NCBI GenBank assembly: GCA_965226375.1
Contig: CBDDCX010000006.1
Location: 96,001-160,000 of the forward strand
Reading direction: 5' to 3'
DNA: 64,000 bases
Source of the DNA: Longimicrobiales bacterium
GTDB taxonomy: Bacteria; Gemmatimonadota; Gemmatimonadetes; Longimicrobiales; Gaopeijiaceae
Below are positions 9,030 through 20,087 of this stretch, piece after piece (positions within the stretch are counted from its first letter, which is position 1; every line of letters begins with the position of its first letter). The notes below the pieces were generated by a model. That model was not told the DNA's origin. It made no database searches and saw only the letters and a list, made by a program, of their open reading frames with translations. The position numbers and the translations under genes are program-made.

Positions 9030-10440
9030 CTAAGGCTGAGATCTAGTCAGTTTGAACACACCCTGGCTCGGCAGACGCAGCAACGTCACATCCACCACGG
9101 TCGTTCGGAAGCCCTGCAACATCTTCGATACGTTGGGCTTCGTGAGCCTGACCATCAGTGGCAGGTAGCTGATGTCGTCCGAGTCCGGTTCCTCGCCGGT
9201 GATCTCGATGTCGAGTCCCTTGCAGTCCTCCAACAGGTTCTCGAAGCTCTTCTTCTTGGAGTGGTACGCCTGTGTGCGCAGATAGAACGTGGTCGTCCCC
9301 GGATTCAGGTTGTTCTTGTGCACGTCTTCGATCATCTCTTCGAGTCGGTTCGTGCCGGCTCCGCTCGCGCTCGACTTGAAGGTGATGTCGTGTTCGCGTA
9401 CGTCGACACCGTACTGGTCTCGTATGCGGAAGATCACCTGTGCGTGCGCTTCGTATTGGGCTTGCTTGTTCCATTCCGTAACCGACCTCTTCAGACCGGC
9501 CGCCCGCTGCTGTGTCTTGGCCGTATTACGATGGAAGGCGCCGACCACCTCGTCGTAGGCCTGCTCGTCGGGCGGGGTGGACAAGGCTTTGATCAAGTGC
9601 GGTAACACTCGGGTTCGGTTCTTCTCGCCGTCCACGATGCCGATGTCAGTGCCGAAGTGAGCGGTCTCATACAAGACCGTGTACGGCACTTCACGCCGGG
9701 TCGCGGCGAGCCCTCGGAAGTCCAGCGCGTAGCGTACCTCGTTCAGTCGTTTGTTGTCCCGCCGAGACTGGAGTAGCTGTCCAAGCCGGGTGTGATGGAT
9801 GCGCTGTGCGTCGCTTTGGGGCTCCGCCTTTACGTAGTTGAAGTTCAGGTTACAGGCCGCCGTGCGCACCGTATTGTCCGCCGAGTCCTCCTTGACGTAC
9901 CGAATCGGCACCGCGCGTAATGCGCGGAGCGTCTGTGAACCGATGATGCAGAACTCCTGCACCTGGTAGTCGTCGTACATGTCGTTACCAGGGGTCAAGA
10001 AATGGCCATGGAGATCCAAGGTCTTTGATGACCCGAACTCGAGTTCGCTCAGCACCTTCACACCTCGCCCGACGCCCTTGAAGATCAACTGAGCCCACCG
10101 GGCGAGCTTTCCGACGGCGACGTGCGCCAGACCGCTGCCGAAGTTGGCGCCGGCCAGGTGTACGAGGTTGCCGATCGGGGAGGGCTTCGGGCTGAAAAGG
10201 CGAATCCAGTTGCGAACTACGAGTGCCCCTGTGCTATGGATGACCACGTGGAACCCCGTGTCCAAGAGTCCGCGATACGGACGGGAATGCAGAGCGCGGT
10301 TCAGCGCGAAGCTGATGTCGTCGATCGAGATGCCGTCGTTCAGCGAGATCCACCGGGCGAGATCGATCTCGACGAGGTTGTCGGTGCCGAAGTGGTCGCG
10401 AAGGTGACTCGGCAGGGTGCCGTAGATGTCTTCGACTCTA
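9030..10440 (-). pseudogene. Alpha/beta-hydrolase-like protein, apparently lacking its native N-terminus
   Basis: Nucleophile elbow VIHSTGALVVR and AGANFGS. Coding-like sequence extends upstream of the TTG at 10265 to ~10440 (VEDIYGTLPSHL...ISLNDGISIDDISFAL) with no in-frame start. A separate RBS+ATG at 10470 is out of frame. Confidence 0.6.
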
Positions 10441-10851
10441 GTGTTTCTGTCGGGTCGGTTCGATAAACATTGTCTTCCCTCACTTCTTCCCGGGTCGCTT
10501 TCAACCCTCTCACAACTTTCTGACCGCCACCACCGGCGGTATTTCAGGTCTATGCAGAAAGCGGGCCAAACTCCACTTTCGCAGCCATCTCCCGACCTTA
10601 AGGAGTCTGCACATAAGCCTTACGTGATTGCCCCTCAACAGGTTACAGCAATACCGAGATCGGTATCGCTGTGCTGTCACAGGCCCGGATGGGGGGTCTG
10701 GTCGGCCCAGTGCACCCCCGCGATCGTCCCATGGGCCGGACGCTGCTGTCACGTTGGCAGCAAATACCGGAGCGGCCTGCTCGGGTCACAGAGATCGCAG
10801 GCATGCCACAAGCGCTACGTCGTTCTCGGTCGCCTCGGGGAGGGACGCCCC

Positions 10852-13617
10852 TCATTCCGCTCGTAACGCCGAGGCCGGGTCGATGGTTGCCGCCCTGCGC
10901 GCGGGTACCCAGATGGCTACCCCTGCCGTTGCCAGGAGCAAAAGTGCTGATGCGGCTAGCGATGGAGGGTCCAGAGTCCGGACGCCGTAGACGAGTCCTT
11001 CCAGCGTCGATCCGAAGAGGAAGGCCAGAGCGAGGCCCACGAGCAATCCCACGCTCACCAGCCTCATGCCGCCCAGGACGATTTCTGAGAGCACCCTTCT
11101 TCCGTCGGCTCCGATGGCGAGGCGTAGCCCGATCTCACGGCTTCGGTCGCTCACCGTATATGAGATGAGGCCGTAGAGCCCGATCAGCGTCGAGACGAGG
11201 GCCACCAGACCGCAGCCGGCGACCAGGGTCAGCGCGAAGCGGGTTGGCGCGATCGCGTCGCGTACATAGGCCGGCATTGGCCGGATGTCGTAGAGGGTGA
11301 GCTCGGGATCCAGGGTTCGAAGGGCCTGGCGGATCGGGGTGGCTACCGTTTCGGGCGCGACTCGGGTTCGTACCGCGAAGGCCACGTCCCGTGAGGCCTC
11401 CTGCCGGTAAGGGACGTAGATGGCCTCGCGGCCCTCGCTCTTGAGATCCTCGTAGCGCACGTGCTCGACCACGCCCACCACCTCGGCCTCGACCGGCCTC
11501 CCGTCCAACGGGAATCCGATCCGCTGGCCCAGAGGCGACCCCCCGGGGGCCAGTCGAAGGGCGAGCTTCTCGTCGACGACCGCGACGCGGCGGTCCTCGG
11601 TCAGGTCTTCTTCCTCGGTGAACGAGCGACCCTCGAGGAGACGGCTGCCCATGGCACGGAAATAGTGGGAGGTCACCATGCGGAAGTCGGCCCGGTTCTC
11701 CGCCCACCGGCTCTCACTCTGCCCGGGCAGGCCGTACGGCTGGGTCCAGATACGGCCGCCGAGTGGAAGACGGCCCACCAACCCCATCGCTTCGACGCCC
11801 GGGATCGCCTCGACTCGCTCCTCGAACGTCTTGACGAATCGCGCTCGGTCCGCGGGGCCCGAATAGCGCTCGGCTCCCCGGAGCGAGAGGGAGAACGTCA
11901 AGACTCCGTCCGCGTCGAAGCCCGGCCTTATGCGTTCCAGTTCCTGCACAGTGCGGATCAGCAGCCCCCCGGTCGCGAGAAGTACCATGGCCAACGCGAC
12001 TTCACCGATGACGAACGCCGATCGTGCCCGACTGTGACCCCGGCCGCCCAGACGACTCCCGGAGCTGAGAGCGGCCCGCCGGAAGGCACCGTATGTGAGC
12101 AGTCCGGGCAAACCCCCGAAGATCACGGCCGCCATCACGGCCGATGCCACCGCGAAGACGAGAGTCCTCCCATCCACGCCCACCTCGTCCAACCGAGGCA
12201 GCCCCGAAGGAGCGAATCGTAGTAGGACGTCTACTCCCACACCGGCCAAGAGCCAACCGGCCGTGCACCCGAGGACGGCCAGGGTCAAATTCTCGACCGT
12301 GATCTGCCTGACGATCCGGAGACGCCCCGCCCCGAGCGCCGTGCGCAGGGCGAACTCGGGTATGCGTGCGGCGCTGCGGGCCAGGACGAGCAGGGCCACG
12401 TTGAGGCACGCGATCAGGAGGATGAACGCTCCCGCCACGAGGATGGCGATCAGGGTCGGTCGAGCCTGCCGGGTGAGCTCGTCCTGCATGGCCCGCACCA
12501 CGATGCCCACGCCAGCTGCCTCGTAGGCCGGCACCTCACGGCGAAGGTCGAGCGAGATGGCGTCCATCTCGCGCTGGGCCCGTTCGAGCGTCGCGCCCGA
12601 GGCCAGGCGGGCGACCACCGCTCCGCTGTTGTCCGAGTCCTGGTCCAGCGCGCGGCCGTCCGTTCGCTCGAATGTCCGGAGATCGACCCGGATGGGAGAC
12701 CAAGCGTCCACGTTTTCAGGGATACCGGCGTAGGGCGGGAGCAGAACGGAAAAGCCCTCGGGCATCACGCCTACGATGACGGCGGCCTGCCCGTTTACGT
12801 GAACGGTTCGTCCCAGGACCTCCGACTCCTGTCCAAACGTACGCACCCAGAGCCCGTGGCTCAGCACCAACGGAGCGGGGGCCCCGGCACGGGGCCGATC
12901 GCCGCCCTCGTCCGCTGCCGCATCCTCCGGCACGAACGTCCGGCCTATCTGCGCCCGCGCCCCCAGAAGATCGAAAAAGTCCACCGTTACCAGCGCCATG
13001 CGGGCATGGGTCGGCTCGGTGGTGGCGAGCGTGGCGTCCGTCACCCGGCTCGCGAATGCGAAACCGTCGAAGAGGCGACTCCGCTCTCTGAACACGGCGA
13101 CGTCGGGCCCCGCGATCGGGATCATGCGGCCCGGGTCGTTCTCGACTCGGTTCCAGAGTAGGACCAGGCGGTCCGGCTCGGGATATGGCAGGGGGCGGAG
13201 TAGGACCCCGTCTACCACCGAGAAGATCGCTGTGCTGGCACCGATTCCGAGGGCCAAGACCGTCACCGCCGCCCACGCGAATCCCCGGTTTCTCCGCAGA
13301 CCACGGTATGCGAACCGTACATCGCCCGACCATCCCCCCATGGTGCTCCGCCACTCGCCCAGGATTCCCATGCTCGGACCCGGCGCTCGAAGCCTCATGC
13401 CGAGCCCGGCCCATATCACGTCCACCATCTCCGCCACGAGCGTCCAGACCAGCCCGAGCCACCCGTGTATACGCATGGATGCAGTGGCAGCGTCTAGAAC
13501 GGCGGTCTCCAGAGACGGGCCGCTCACGCGGCGCTCGGCCGGTGGAAATGCCCGCAGGGCAAGTCGACACAGCCACCGGGCCAGATGGTCGACGAATCGG
13601 GGAAGCCGGGGTCGCAT
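10852..13617 (-). CDS. ADOP-family duplicated ABC permease (FtsX/MacB-like) #1
   Basis: N-terminal prefix, then [15 protein letters not shown]...[25 protein letters not shown], two periplasmic/FtsX repeats, C-terminal [17 protein letters not shown]. Confidence 0.92.
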   Translation of the reverse strand: MRPRLPRFVDHLARWLCRLALRAFPPAERRVSGPSLETAVLDAATASMRIHGWLGLVWTLVAEMVDVIWAGLGMRLRAPGPSMGILGEWRSTMGGWSGDVRFAYRGLRRNRGFAWAAVTVLALGIGASTAIFSVVDGVLLRPLPYPEPDRLVLLWNRVENDPGRMIPIAGPDVAVFRERSRLFDGFAFASRVTDATLATTEPTHARMALVTVDFFDLLGARAQIGRTFVPEDAAADEGGDRPRAGAPAPLVLSHGLWVRTFGQESEVLGRTVHVNGQAAVIVGVMPEGFSVLLPPYAGIPENVDAWSPIRVDLRTFERTDGRALDQDSDNSGAVVARLASGATLERAQREMDAISLDLRREVPAYEAAGVGIVVRAMQDELTRQARPTLIAILVAGAFILLIACLNVALLVLARSAARIPEFALRTALGAGRLRIVRQITVENLTLAVLGCTAGWLLAGVGVDVLLRFAPSGLPRLDEVGVDGRTLVFAVASAVMAAVIFGGLPGLLTYGAFRRAALSSGSRLGGRGHSRARSAFVIGEVALAMVLLATGGLLIRTVQELERIRPGFDADGVLTFSLSLRGAERYSGPADRARFVKTFEERVEAIPGVEAMGLVGRLPLGGRIWTQPYGLPGQSESRWAENRADFRMVTSHYFRAMGSRLLEGRSFTEEEDLTEDRRVAVVDEKLALRLAPGGSPLGQRIGFPLDGRPVEAEVVGVVEHVRYEDLKSEGREAIYVPYRQEASRDVAFAVRTRVAPETVATPIRQALRTLDPELTLYDIRPMPAYVRDAIAPTRFALTLVAGCGLVALVSTLIGLYGLISYTVSDRSREIGLRLAIGADGRRVLSEIVLGGMRLVSVGLLVGLALAFLFGSTLEGLVYGVRTLDPPSLAASALLLLATAGVAIWVPARRAATIDPASALRAE

Positions 13618-13628
13618 CGGTAGAGCTC

Positions 13629-14009
13629 CTACGCCCGTTCACCCACTAGATTCTTGCTCTGCGCAGCGTTGAGTAGGCTTGCCAAGCGGTTGGCTTCGGC
13701 CCGTACCACGGCCAGCCCCAGTTCGGTGATCCCGTAGTAACGCCTGCGCTGATCATCCTGGTCGGGGGCTGGACGCTCCCCCGACTCGCAGACCAGACCC
13801 GCCGCGTCGAGCCGGCGGATCGCGGCGTACAGCGTGCCCGACCGGAGCTTGGTGTATCCGCCCGAGCGTGTATCGATCTCCTTGATCAGGGCGTAACCGT
13901 GCAGGTCCTGGTCGGCGAGCGCCAGCAGGATCAGAAACGCCAGGTTCGTAAGCGGGACGTGTTGCTTAACGTCACCCGGTGGCGCCTTGTGCGGAGCCTG
14001 GTCGGTCAC
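13629..14009 (-). CDS. PadR-family transcriptional regulator
   Basis: [27 protein letters not shown]...[10 protein letters not shown]...[11 protein letters not shown]. Directly upstream of ADOP #1. Confidence 0.92.
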   Translation of the reverse strand: MTDQAPHKAPPGDVKQHVPLTNLAFLILLALADQDLHGYALIKEIDTRSGGYTKLRSGTLYAAIRRLDAAGLVCESGERPAPDQDDQRRRYYGITELGLAVVRAEANRLASLLNAAQSKNLVGERA

Positions 14010-14029
14010 GTTCCCCTCGCTTTGTTACG

Positions 14030-14065
14030 GGTATACTACTTGAAGGTATACTTGTAACAGGTACA
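14030..14065. promoter_or_regulatory. Putative PadR operator (overlapping imperfect palindromes)
   Basis: GTATACtacttgaagGTATACttgtaacaggtac, an AT-rich palindromic stretch just upstream of the padR start. Confidence 0.45.
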
Positions 14066-14089
14066 TCCGTTCGGGTCAATCCCGGGACA

Positions 14090-14791
14090 CTAGAGACCCT
14101 TGGCCTGGAACACGGTCTTGAGGGACCAAGCCAGAATGTTCAGGTCGAGCCACAGCTTTGCCCAACCGCTTCGGCTCGACGCCATGAACCCGATGTAGGA
14201 GTAATCGAGGGTCAACTCGGGGGGCGCATTCGAGTTGCCCTTGTTGGCCTGTACCAGGCCCGTCAGGCCGGGCCTGATCAGCCTCTTTCTGAGGATGCCT
14301 TTCTCGATCTCTTCGTAGTACGGCTCCAGCGGCCAGGGACGGGGCCCGACGAAGCTCATGTCGCCCTTCAGGATCGAGAAGAGCTGAGGAAGTTCGTCCA
14401 GATAAAACTTCTTCAAGTAGTGGCCGGTCGCCGTGAGGTGTTCGGGTACCCGTTCCATCGGCTTGATGTGGAGGTACTTCTGCTCACTGGAGATCCTCCG
14501 GTAGACGTCCATTCTGATGATTCGGAACTTGGGAATCCGAAACACTCTCCCCTCCGAGCCCCGTGGCTCGGAGAGGAAAATCGGGCCTCTGTGGGCAGAC
14601 CGGATCAGTCCCTCCAGTACGATGGAGACGATGATTACTACCATCAGTGGGGACAACAAGATGAGAAGGCCGAGAGAGAGGCCGACGTCCAGCAGCCTTT
14701 TCTGCCACGGAAGCTGTGTCAGCCCCTTCTGCTCGCGGCCGGCTCTATCGGCCTCTTCGAACTGCTCGGTGCTCATGAGTCGAGTGGGCAT
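14090..14791 (-). CDS. Bacterial sugar transferase (polyprenyl-phosphate glycosylphosphotransferase)
   Basis: KRLLDVGLS, FRIPKFR, LDELPQLFSILKGDMSFVGPRP, RPGLTGLVQ. Start codon uncertain (14866, 14791 or 14776). Confidence 0.9.
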   Translation of the reverse strand: MPTRLMSTEQFEEADRAGREQKGLTQLPWQKRLLDVGLSLGLLILLSPLMVVIIVSIVLEGLIRSAHRGPIFLSEPRGSEGRVFRIPKFRIIRMDVYRRISSEQKYLHIKPMERVPEHLTATGHYLKKFYLDELPQLFSILKGDMSFVGPRPWPLEPYYEEIEKGILRKRLIRPGLTGLVQANKGNSNAPPELTLDYSYIGFMASSRSGWAKLWLDLNILAWSLKTVFQAKGL

Positions 14792-14871
14792 GAGGGGCAA
14801 GCTTGAGTAGGAGAGGCACCTTGGGCAAGCCGGAAGATGCGAGACAACGCGGAGGCCCTCTGGCATATATG

Positions 14872-14885
14872 ATTACAAGTCAATA
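14872..14885. promoter_or_regulatory. Putative MarR operator, copy 1
   Basis: ATTACAAGTCAATA upstream of marR. A near-identical ATTACTAGTCAATA lies at 15434-15447. Confidence 0.5.
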
Positions 14886-14920
14886 GTTGACACGTCATCA
14901 ATATAGTCTTATGATACGCT

Positions 14921-15415
14921 ATGTCCAGCAAACAACCACGTTCGATCCTCGACGAGATCGGCCAGACCAAACCCAGCGCCTCGAAGCAGCAGGAGGCGCT
15001 TATCGCGCTCATGCGCACCACCGACGCCGTCAAGTATCAGCTGGCCAAAGAGCTCGACGGTTATGATGTGACACCACAGCAGTACAACGTTCTCAGGATC
15101 CTTCGTGGGGCCGGGAAGGACGGTCTTCCGACCCTGGCCATCGCGGACCGAATGATCGAGCGGACACCTGGAATCACGCGCCTTGTCGACCGCCTCGAAG
15201 GGTGTGGCTTGGCCGAGCGGAGCCGGTGCCAGAACGATCGTCGGCGCGTGTTCGCTATCATCACTGACAAGGGCCTCGAGCTTCTGGAGACTCTCGATCC
15301 GGTGATTGATTCGGCCGATCGTACTGTGATGGCCGGCCTGCCTGTCGAGAACCTTGAGCCTCTCCTCACGTCCCTTTCGATGATCCGTGCGGGTCTCGGG
15401 TCCCAGGGGGCGTGA
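14921..15415 (+). CDS. MarR-family transcriptional regulator
   Basis: VTPQQYNVLRIL...PGITRLVDRLE...DRRRVFAIITDKG. Confidence 0.93.
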   Translation: MSSKQPRSILDEIGQTKPSASKQQEALIALMRTTDAVKYQLAKELDGYDVTPQQYNVLRILRGAGKDGLPTLAIADRMIERTPGITRLVDRLEGCGLAERSRCQNDRRRVFAIITDKGLELLETLDPVIDSADRTVMAGLPVENLEPLLTSLSMIRAGLGSQGA

Positions 15416-15433
15416 CTTTTTTTCCACCAATAC

Positions 15434-15447
15434 ATTACTAGTCAATA
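15434..15447. promoter_or_regulatory. Putative MarR operator, copy 2 (originally upstream of doxX)
   Basis: ATTACTAGTCAATA, 13/14 identical to 14872-14885. Confidence 0.5.
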
Positions 15448-15458
15448 ATTTAATCTCA

Positions 15459-16525
15459 AGGGGGTATTCCCTTAAGTCCACCGACCCCAAGATATAGTGG
15501 TTACCGGGGCTCTGCGGGCCGTTTCCCACGTCCGGTGCCGAGGTAAAGGGCCGAAGCTGGCGTGGGAGCACACTGAACAGCCTGCTCAAGCAAGCGGTAG
15601 AACAACAGGCCGCGAGCCCGGGATGTGCGTCGGTTGAAGCGAAAGGTGAACTCGTCCAGATAGTAGGGGAGGTGTTCGCGGGCGATCCCTCCTTGGAGGG
15701 TTCCGAGGACCCAGCGCTTGAGGAGAGACGCCACCCGATGTACGGCCGACATGAGCACGTGAGCGGGATCGCCGGAGGTCGAGAGGTTCGTGACCGTGTG
15801 GCGAAAGCCCAGTTTGGCGAGTCCCTGATAGCTTGGCCATCCGTCGGTATGCACCGTGCTTGCCGGTGCGATGCTATCCTTGACGAAGCCTCGCAGAACC
15901 GGAGCGGAGAGGTCGGGCACCCAACGCAGCCGTATTCTCCCGATCTTGCGTCCGTCGACCTCGGCGGCGATCGCGACGATGGCCTTCTTGATCGTCTCGC
16001 GGCCCCGCACTCCAGCCTCCACGCCCCCGACATAGCTCTCGTCCACTTGCACAACGCCGCTCAGCTGGTCGCGATCCGGTCGGACCATGGCCCGGCGGAG
16101 CTTGTGGAGCCAGACCCACGCTGTCTTGTAGCTTCCCAGTCCGAGCACGCGCTGGAGCCCGAGAGCATTGGCTCCGTATTTCTGGCTCGTGAGCTCCCAG
16201 GCAGCGAGAAACCACAGACGCAGGGGCGAGCGCGTGCGGTGGAACACGGTTCCCGCCAGCACCGAGGTCTGCCTTCGACAGTGTGGGCAGACGAGACGCC
16301 CCCGCGATGCTCGCCAGACCTCTCCCAACCCGCCACAGCCCACGCACACAAACCCTTCCGGCCAGCGCAGACCCTCCACGTACTCCAGGCATGCCGCATC
16401 GTCGGGGAAGAACTCGTCCAACTCCAGCCGCGTACGGGGATAGTCCACGCCGCCACGGAGCTGAGAAGCCGGAACCGCCATGACCACAACATGTAGTGGG
16501 CGGTGGACTTAAGGCAATACCCCAT
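15459..16525 (-). mobile_element. IS1595-family IS, copy 1 (1067 bp), 8-bp TSD TAATCTCA
   Basis: IRs AGGGGGTATTCCCTTAAGTCCACCG / CGGTGGACTTAAGGCAATACCCCAT. TAATCTCA at 15451-15458 and 16526-16533. Confidence 0.95.
15501..16487 (-). CDS. IS1595-family transposase
   Basis: Zinc ribbon (CVGC...CPHC), VQVDESY, VHTDGW, YLDEFTFRFNRR. Confidence 0.95.
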   Translation of the reverse strand: MVMAVPASQLRGGVDYPRTRLELDEFFPDDAACLEYVEGLRWPEGFVCVGCGGLGEVWRASRGRLVCPHCRRQTSVLAGTVFHRTRSPLRLWFLAAWELTSQKYGANALGLQRVLGLGSYKTAWVWLHKLRRAMVRPDRDQLSGVVQVDESYVGGVEAGVRGRETIKKAIVAIAAEVDGRKIGRIRLRWVPDLSAPVLRGFVKDSIAPASTVHTDGWPSYQGLAKLGFRHTVTNLSTSGDPAHVLMSAVHRVASLLKRWVLGTLQGGIAREHLPYYLDEFTFRFNRRTSRARGLLFYRLLEQAVQCAPTPASALYLGTGRGKRPAEPR

Positions 16526-16560
16526 TAATCTCAAATAACATCTGCAGAAGGAGAAATACA

Positions 16561-17013
16561 ATGATTAGCAAGCTGATGAAGACTGACGGAGATGTGGCCG
16601 CGTTGATCCTCCGGGTCACTCTGGCCCTCGTGATGTTCCCACACGCAGCCCAAAAGCTCTTCGGGTGGTTTGGCGGCTACGGCCTCGACGCCACGCTCCA
16701 ATTCTTTGCGACCCTCGGGATTCCGGCGTGGATGGGAGTCCTCGCCGTCTTGATTGAGTTCGCTGGGTCGATCGCCTTGCTGCTCGGAGCGTTCGGAAGG
16801 GTCGCCGCTCTCGGATTGGCGGGCGTGATCGCCGGTGCCGTACTGACCGTCCACGCCCCGAACGGGTTCTTCATGAACTGGAGCGGTGCCCAGGTGGGCG
16901 AAGGGTTCGAGTATCACATCCTGTTCCTCGCCATGGCGGCGGTTGTGGTCCTCAAGGGCAGTGGAGCCCTCTCGGTCGACCGCGTGTTCAGTCTGGCTCC
17001 AGCTACGGACTGA
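16561..17013 (+). CDS. DoxX-family membrane protein
   Basis: LRVTLALVMFPHAAQKLFGWFGG...FMNWSG...GFEYH...GSGALSVD. RBS AAGGAG. Confidence 0.92.
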   Translation: MISKLMKTDGDVAALILRVTLALVMFPHAAQKLFGWFGGYGLDATLQFFATLGIPAWMGVLAVLIEFAGSIALLLGAFGRVAALGLAGVIAGAVLTVHAPNGFFMNWSGAQVGEGFEYHILFLAMAAVVVLKGSGALSVDRVFSLAPATD

Positions 17014-17143
17014 GTAACAACCGGAGCGATTCGGCCAGGACGGCCGGGCAGGGACGTGCGACCCTCGGAGCGTGGCTCCGGGGGTCGTTCGTCCGTATCA
17101 TCCTTCCGACTGCGGAAGCTCCCACACCGAGAGGGACCGAAGC

Positions 17144-18274
17144 ATGACGTTTCGAGCACACTGGGCCCTGACACTTCTTGCCGGCGTCGCCGCGGGCGGA
17201 TGCACGATCGAGTCCGAGCAGGACACGTCTGGCGACGCCTTACCGGGTGCTCCCTGGACCCTCGCGGACCCGGCACCCGACGACGACGGTGAGCTTCGAG
17301 TCCTGGTCATGCACGACATGGAGGGGCTCTCCGGTCAGTCCGACCCCCGGACCTTTTCGTACCGCAATGCCGAGTTCTATCCGCAGGGTGCGGAGTATCT
17401 GATCGGTGACGTGAACGCCGTCATCGCGGGTCTGTTCGATGGAGGGGCCGATGTGGTTCGGGTGGTAGACGGCCACGGAAGTGGCAACCCGGAACCCGAT
17501 ATCATCCTCGACCGTCTGGACCCACGGGCCGAGATGTACAGCCGGTCAGAACCCTTCGAGGCCTATGTCGACATCGTCGAGGCGGGCGCTTTCGACGCGA
17601 TCGCCGTGGTCGGCATGCATGCCAAGACCGGAAGCGGGGGCTTCGCATCTCATACCTACAATCCCGGAATCGGATGGCGCCTCAACGGGCAGAGTATCAC
17701 GGAGACCGAGATCGTGGCTCTTTCCTGGGGTCGTGTGGGCGTGCCTGTCATCTTCGCGTCCGGTGATGACAAACTCGCCGCTGATCTGGCCACCATGCCG
17801 TGGATCCGGTACGTGACGGTGAAGGATGCCACCAGCGCGTCAACGGCGGATCCCTATCCCGTGGAAGAAGTCCGGGCACAGCTCCGTGCTGAGGCCCAGG
17901 CCGCCGTCGAGGCACTGTCCGATGCCCGCGTGATGAAGACCGCGTCGCCGGTCGAAGCGACGCTCGATGCCGTGCCGCCCGCCTCACTGGCGGCCCTGGA
18001 AGGGGTGCCAGGTGTTCGATATGACGACGGCTCCGTGACGTTCACGGCCCAGGGTTTCGCGGACGCATACGATGGATTGACCGCCCTGATCAGGGTGGCC
18101 AGGGCAGGCTACTCCGGCGTCATGGGTGAGGTTCTCAGGGGACTGGACGCCAATGCGGGGGCCGAGTACTCCGCCAGGCTCTTCGAGCGCTGGATGGACT
18201 TCGAGTCAGGGCGCTGGACGGCCCCGACGCTGCCTGCTCCCCCGCAGGGCCGCACATATTACGGATACCGGTGA
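17144..18274 (+). CDS. M55 (DppA-like) D-aminopeptidase, predicted lipoprotein
   Basis: HDMEG, VDGHG, GMHAK...SHT, ASGDD metal-ligand motifs. Lipobox-like AAGGC. Confidence 0.85.
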   Translation: MTFRAHWALTLLAGVAAGGCTIESEQDTSGDALPGAPWTLADPAPDDDGELRVLVMHDMEGLSGQSDPRTFSYRNAEFYPQGAEYLIGDVNAVIAGLFDGGADVVRVVDGHGSGNPEPDIILDRLDPRAEMYSRSEPFEAYVDIVEAGAFDAIAVVGMHAKTGSGGFASHTYNPGIGWRLNGQSITETEIVALSWGRVGVPVIFASGDDKLAADLATMPWIRYVTVKDATSASTADPYPVEEVRAQLRAEAQAAVEALSDARVMKTASPVEATLDAVPPASLAALEGVPGVRYDDGSVTFTAQGFADAYDGLTALIRVARAGYSGVMGEVLRGLDANAGAEYSARLFERWMDFESGRWTAPTLPAPPQGRTYYGYR

Positions 18275-18278
18275 GGCC

Positions 18279-20069
18279 ATGATAAATATGCTTCGTTCCC
18301 GATCCATCGCCCTGCTCCTCACGGTCCTCGTCCTCTCTTCGTGCGGAGGGAGTGCACCTCCCCCCGCCGTAGCCGTGCCCCTTCCGGCTCCGGAGCCGGC
18401 CGTCGAGCCGGTGGCCGAACCGGAGGTCGAGTACGACCTGGTCATCGAGAACGGAAGGATCGTAGACGGCACCGGAAACGCATGGTTCTATGGCGACCTG
18501 GCGGTCAAGGACGGCCGCATCGCCCGCATCGCGCCTCGCGGGATGTTACGTCGTGCGTCGACCAGCGAGCGCGTCGACGCGTTCGGGCACGTGGTCGCTC
18601 CCGGCTTCATCGATATACAAAGCCACTCCCGCTACGCGTTCCTCCAGGGCGACGGGAGGGTCGTCAGCAAGGTCACGCAGGGTATTACGACGGAGATCAT
18701 GGGGGAGGGCACTACCGATGCCCCGGTGAATCCGACGGGCCTGGGGCGGGCAAACGACGAAGAGTCTCAGGCCGACCGTCTGGCTCGTAGCTTCGCCGGA
18801 AATCACGGCTTCGACGCGTGGCTGAAGGCCATGGAGGCTCACGGCACGTCAGCCAACCAGGGTTCTTTTCTGGGGGCGGGCACGGTGCGCACCTATGCGG
18901 TCGGGATGCGTATGGGACCCGCCGCACCCGCAGAGCTGGACACGATGAAAGCCGTCGTGAGGCGGGCCATGGAGGACGGCGCCTTCGGTGTCGCCTCCGC
19001 TCTGGTCTATCCTCCGGGAAACTTTGTGTCCACGGCTGAGCTGGGTGAGATCGCCGGGGCGATGGCTGGCTATGGGGGCGTCTACATCACGCACATGCGA
19101 TCCGAAGCGGACGACTATCTGGAGGCCATCGACGAGGCCATCGAAATCGGAGAACGTGGCGGCGTACCGGTGGAGATCTACCACCTCAAGGCCGGAGGCC
19201 AGCGGAACTGGCACAAGGCTGCAATGGCCATCGCCAAGATCGACTCGGCCCGGGCTGCAGGGGTCGACGTACAGGCGAACATGTATCCGTACGTTGCGGG
19301 GAGCACGGGTCTGACGGCGTGCTTCCCACCGTCGGCTTCCGCGGATGGCAAGCTCTACGACAATCTGGCCGATCGCGAGGCTCGGCAACGGATTCGAGGG
19401 GAGATCGAGAACCAGCAGGAGGTATGGGAGAGCTTCTGCACGCTCGCTACGCCTGCCGGTGTCTTGGTTCTCGGTCTGGACAAGCCCGAGAATCAGAAGT
19501 ACACGGGCCGCTACCTGGACGATATCGCGGCGGAGATGGGCAAGGACTGGATCGACACCGCCATGGACCTGGTTCTGGACGAGCGCCAGCGCGTGGGAAC
19601 GATCTACTTCCTGATGAGCGAGGACAACGTCGCTCTTCAGATGCAGCAGCCCTGGATGAAGTTCGGGACCGACGCCGGAGGCGTGAATCCCGAAACCACG
19701 CGCGTTCTCGTGCATCCGAGAAGCTACGGGACGTATCCGCGTATCCTCGGCCGTTATGTGCGAGAGAAGGGAGTGCTCCCATTGGAGGACGCCATCCGGA
19801 AGATGAGCTCGGCGGTGGCCACCCGTCTTTCGATTCATGATCGCGGCCTACTCAAAGAGGGCTTTTATGCGGACATCGTGATCTTCGATCCCGAAACGAT
19901 TATTGACCGGGCCACCTTCGAGGAGCCTCATCAGGTGTCAGAGGGCGTGCGCGACGTGTTCGTGAACGGGGTGGCGGTGGTCAGGGACGGAGAGCACACC
20001 GATGCGAAGCCGGGCATGATCGTGCGTGGCCCTGGCTACCAGGCGCCGGACCGGAGGCCGATCTCCTAG
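18279..20069 (+). CDS. N-acyl-D-amino-acid deacylase (amidohydrolase), predicted lipoprotein
   Basis: NGRIVDGTG, APGFIDIQSHS, THMRSE, HPRSYGTYPRILG, ADIVIFDP. Lipobox LSSC. Confidence 0.9.
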   Translation: MINMLRSRSIALLLTVLVLSSCGGSAPPPAVAVPLPAPEPAVEPVAEPEVEYDLVIENGRIVDGTGNAWFYGDLAVKDGRIARIAPRGMLRRASTSERVDAFGHVVAPGFIDIQSHSRYAFLQGDGRVVSKVTQGITTEIMGEGTTDAPVNPTGLGRANDEESQADRLARSFAGNHGFDAWLKAMEAHGTSANQGSFLGAGTVRTYAVGMRMGPAAPAELDTMKAVVRRAMEDGAFGVASALVYPPGNFVSTAELGEIAGAMAGYGGVYITHMRSEADDYLEAIDEAIEIGERGGVPVEIYHLKAGGQRNWHKAAMAIAKIDSARAAGVDVQANMYPYVAGSTGLTACFPPSASADGKLYDNLADREARQRIRGEIENQQEVWESFCTLATPAGVLVLGLDKPENQKYTGRYLDDIAAEMGKDWIDTAMDLVLDERQRVGTIYFLMSEDNVALQMQQPWMKFGTDAGGVNPETTRVLVHPRSYGTYPRILGRYVREKGVLPLEDAIRKMSSAVATRLSIHDRGLLKEGFYADIVIFDPETIIDRATFEEPHQVSEGVRDVFVNGVAVVRDGEHTDAKPGMIVRGPGYQAPDRRPIS

Positions 20070-20087
20070 GGGGCTGTCTCGAGCCGC

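Noticed and set aside
8804..9046. 80-aa plus-strand ORF upstream of licD
   Set aside because: No RBS or recognisable motif; likely intergenic.
10480..10850. Possible island boundary/att site or ncRNA
   Set aside because: Only short imperfect palindromes are present. No tRNA, integrase or matching direct repeat was found in the window.
14909..16054. 381-aa minus-strand ORF (and the similar 54424-55377 ORF)
   Set aside because: An alternative frame of the IS1595 transposase running into flanking genes, with no protein-like features.
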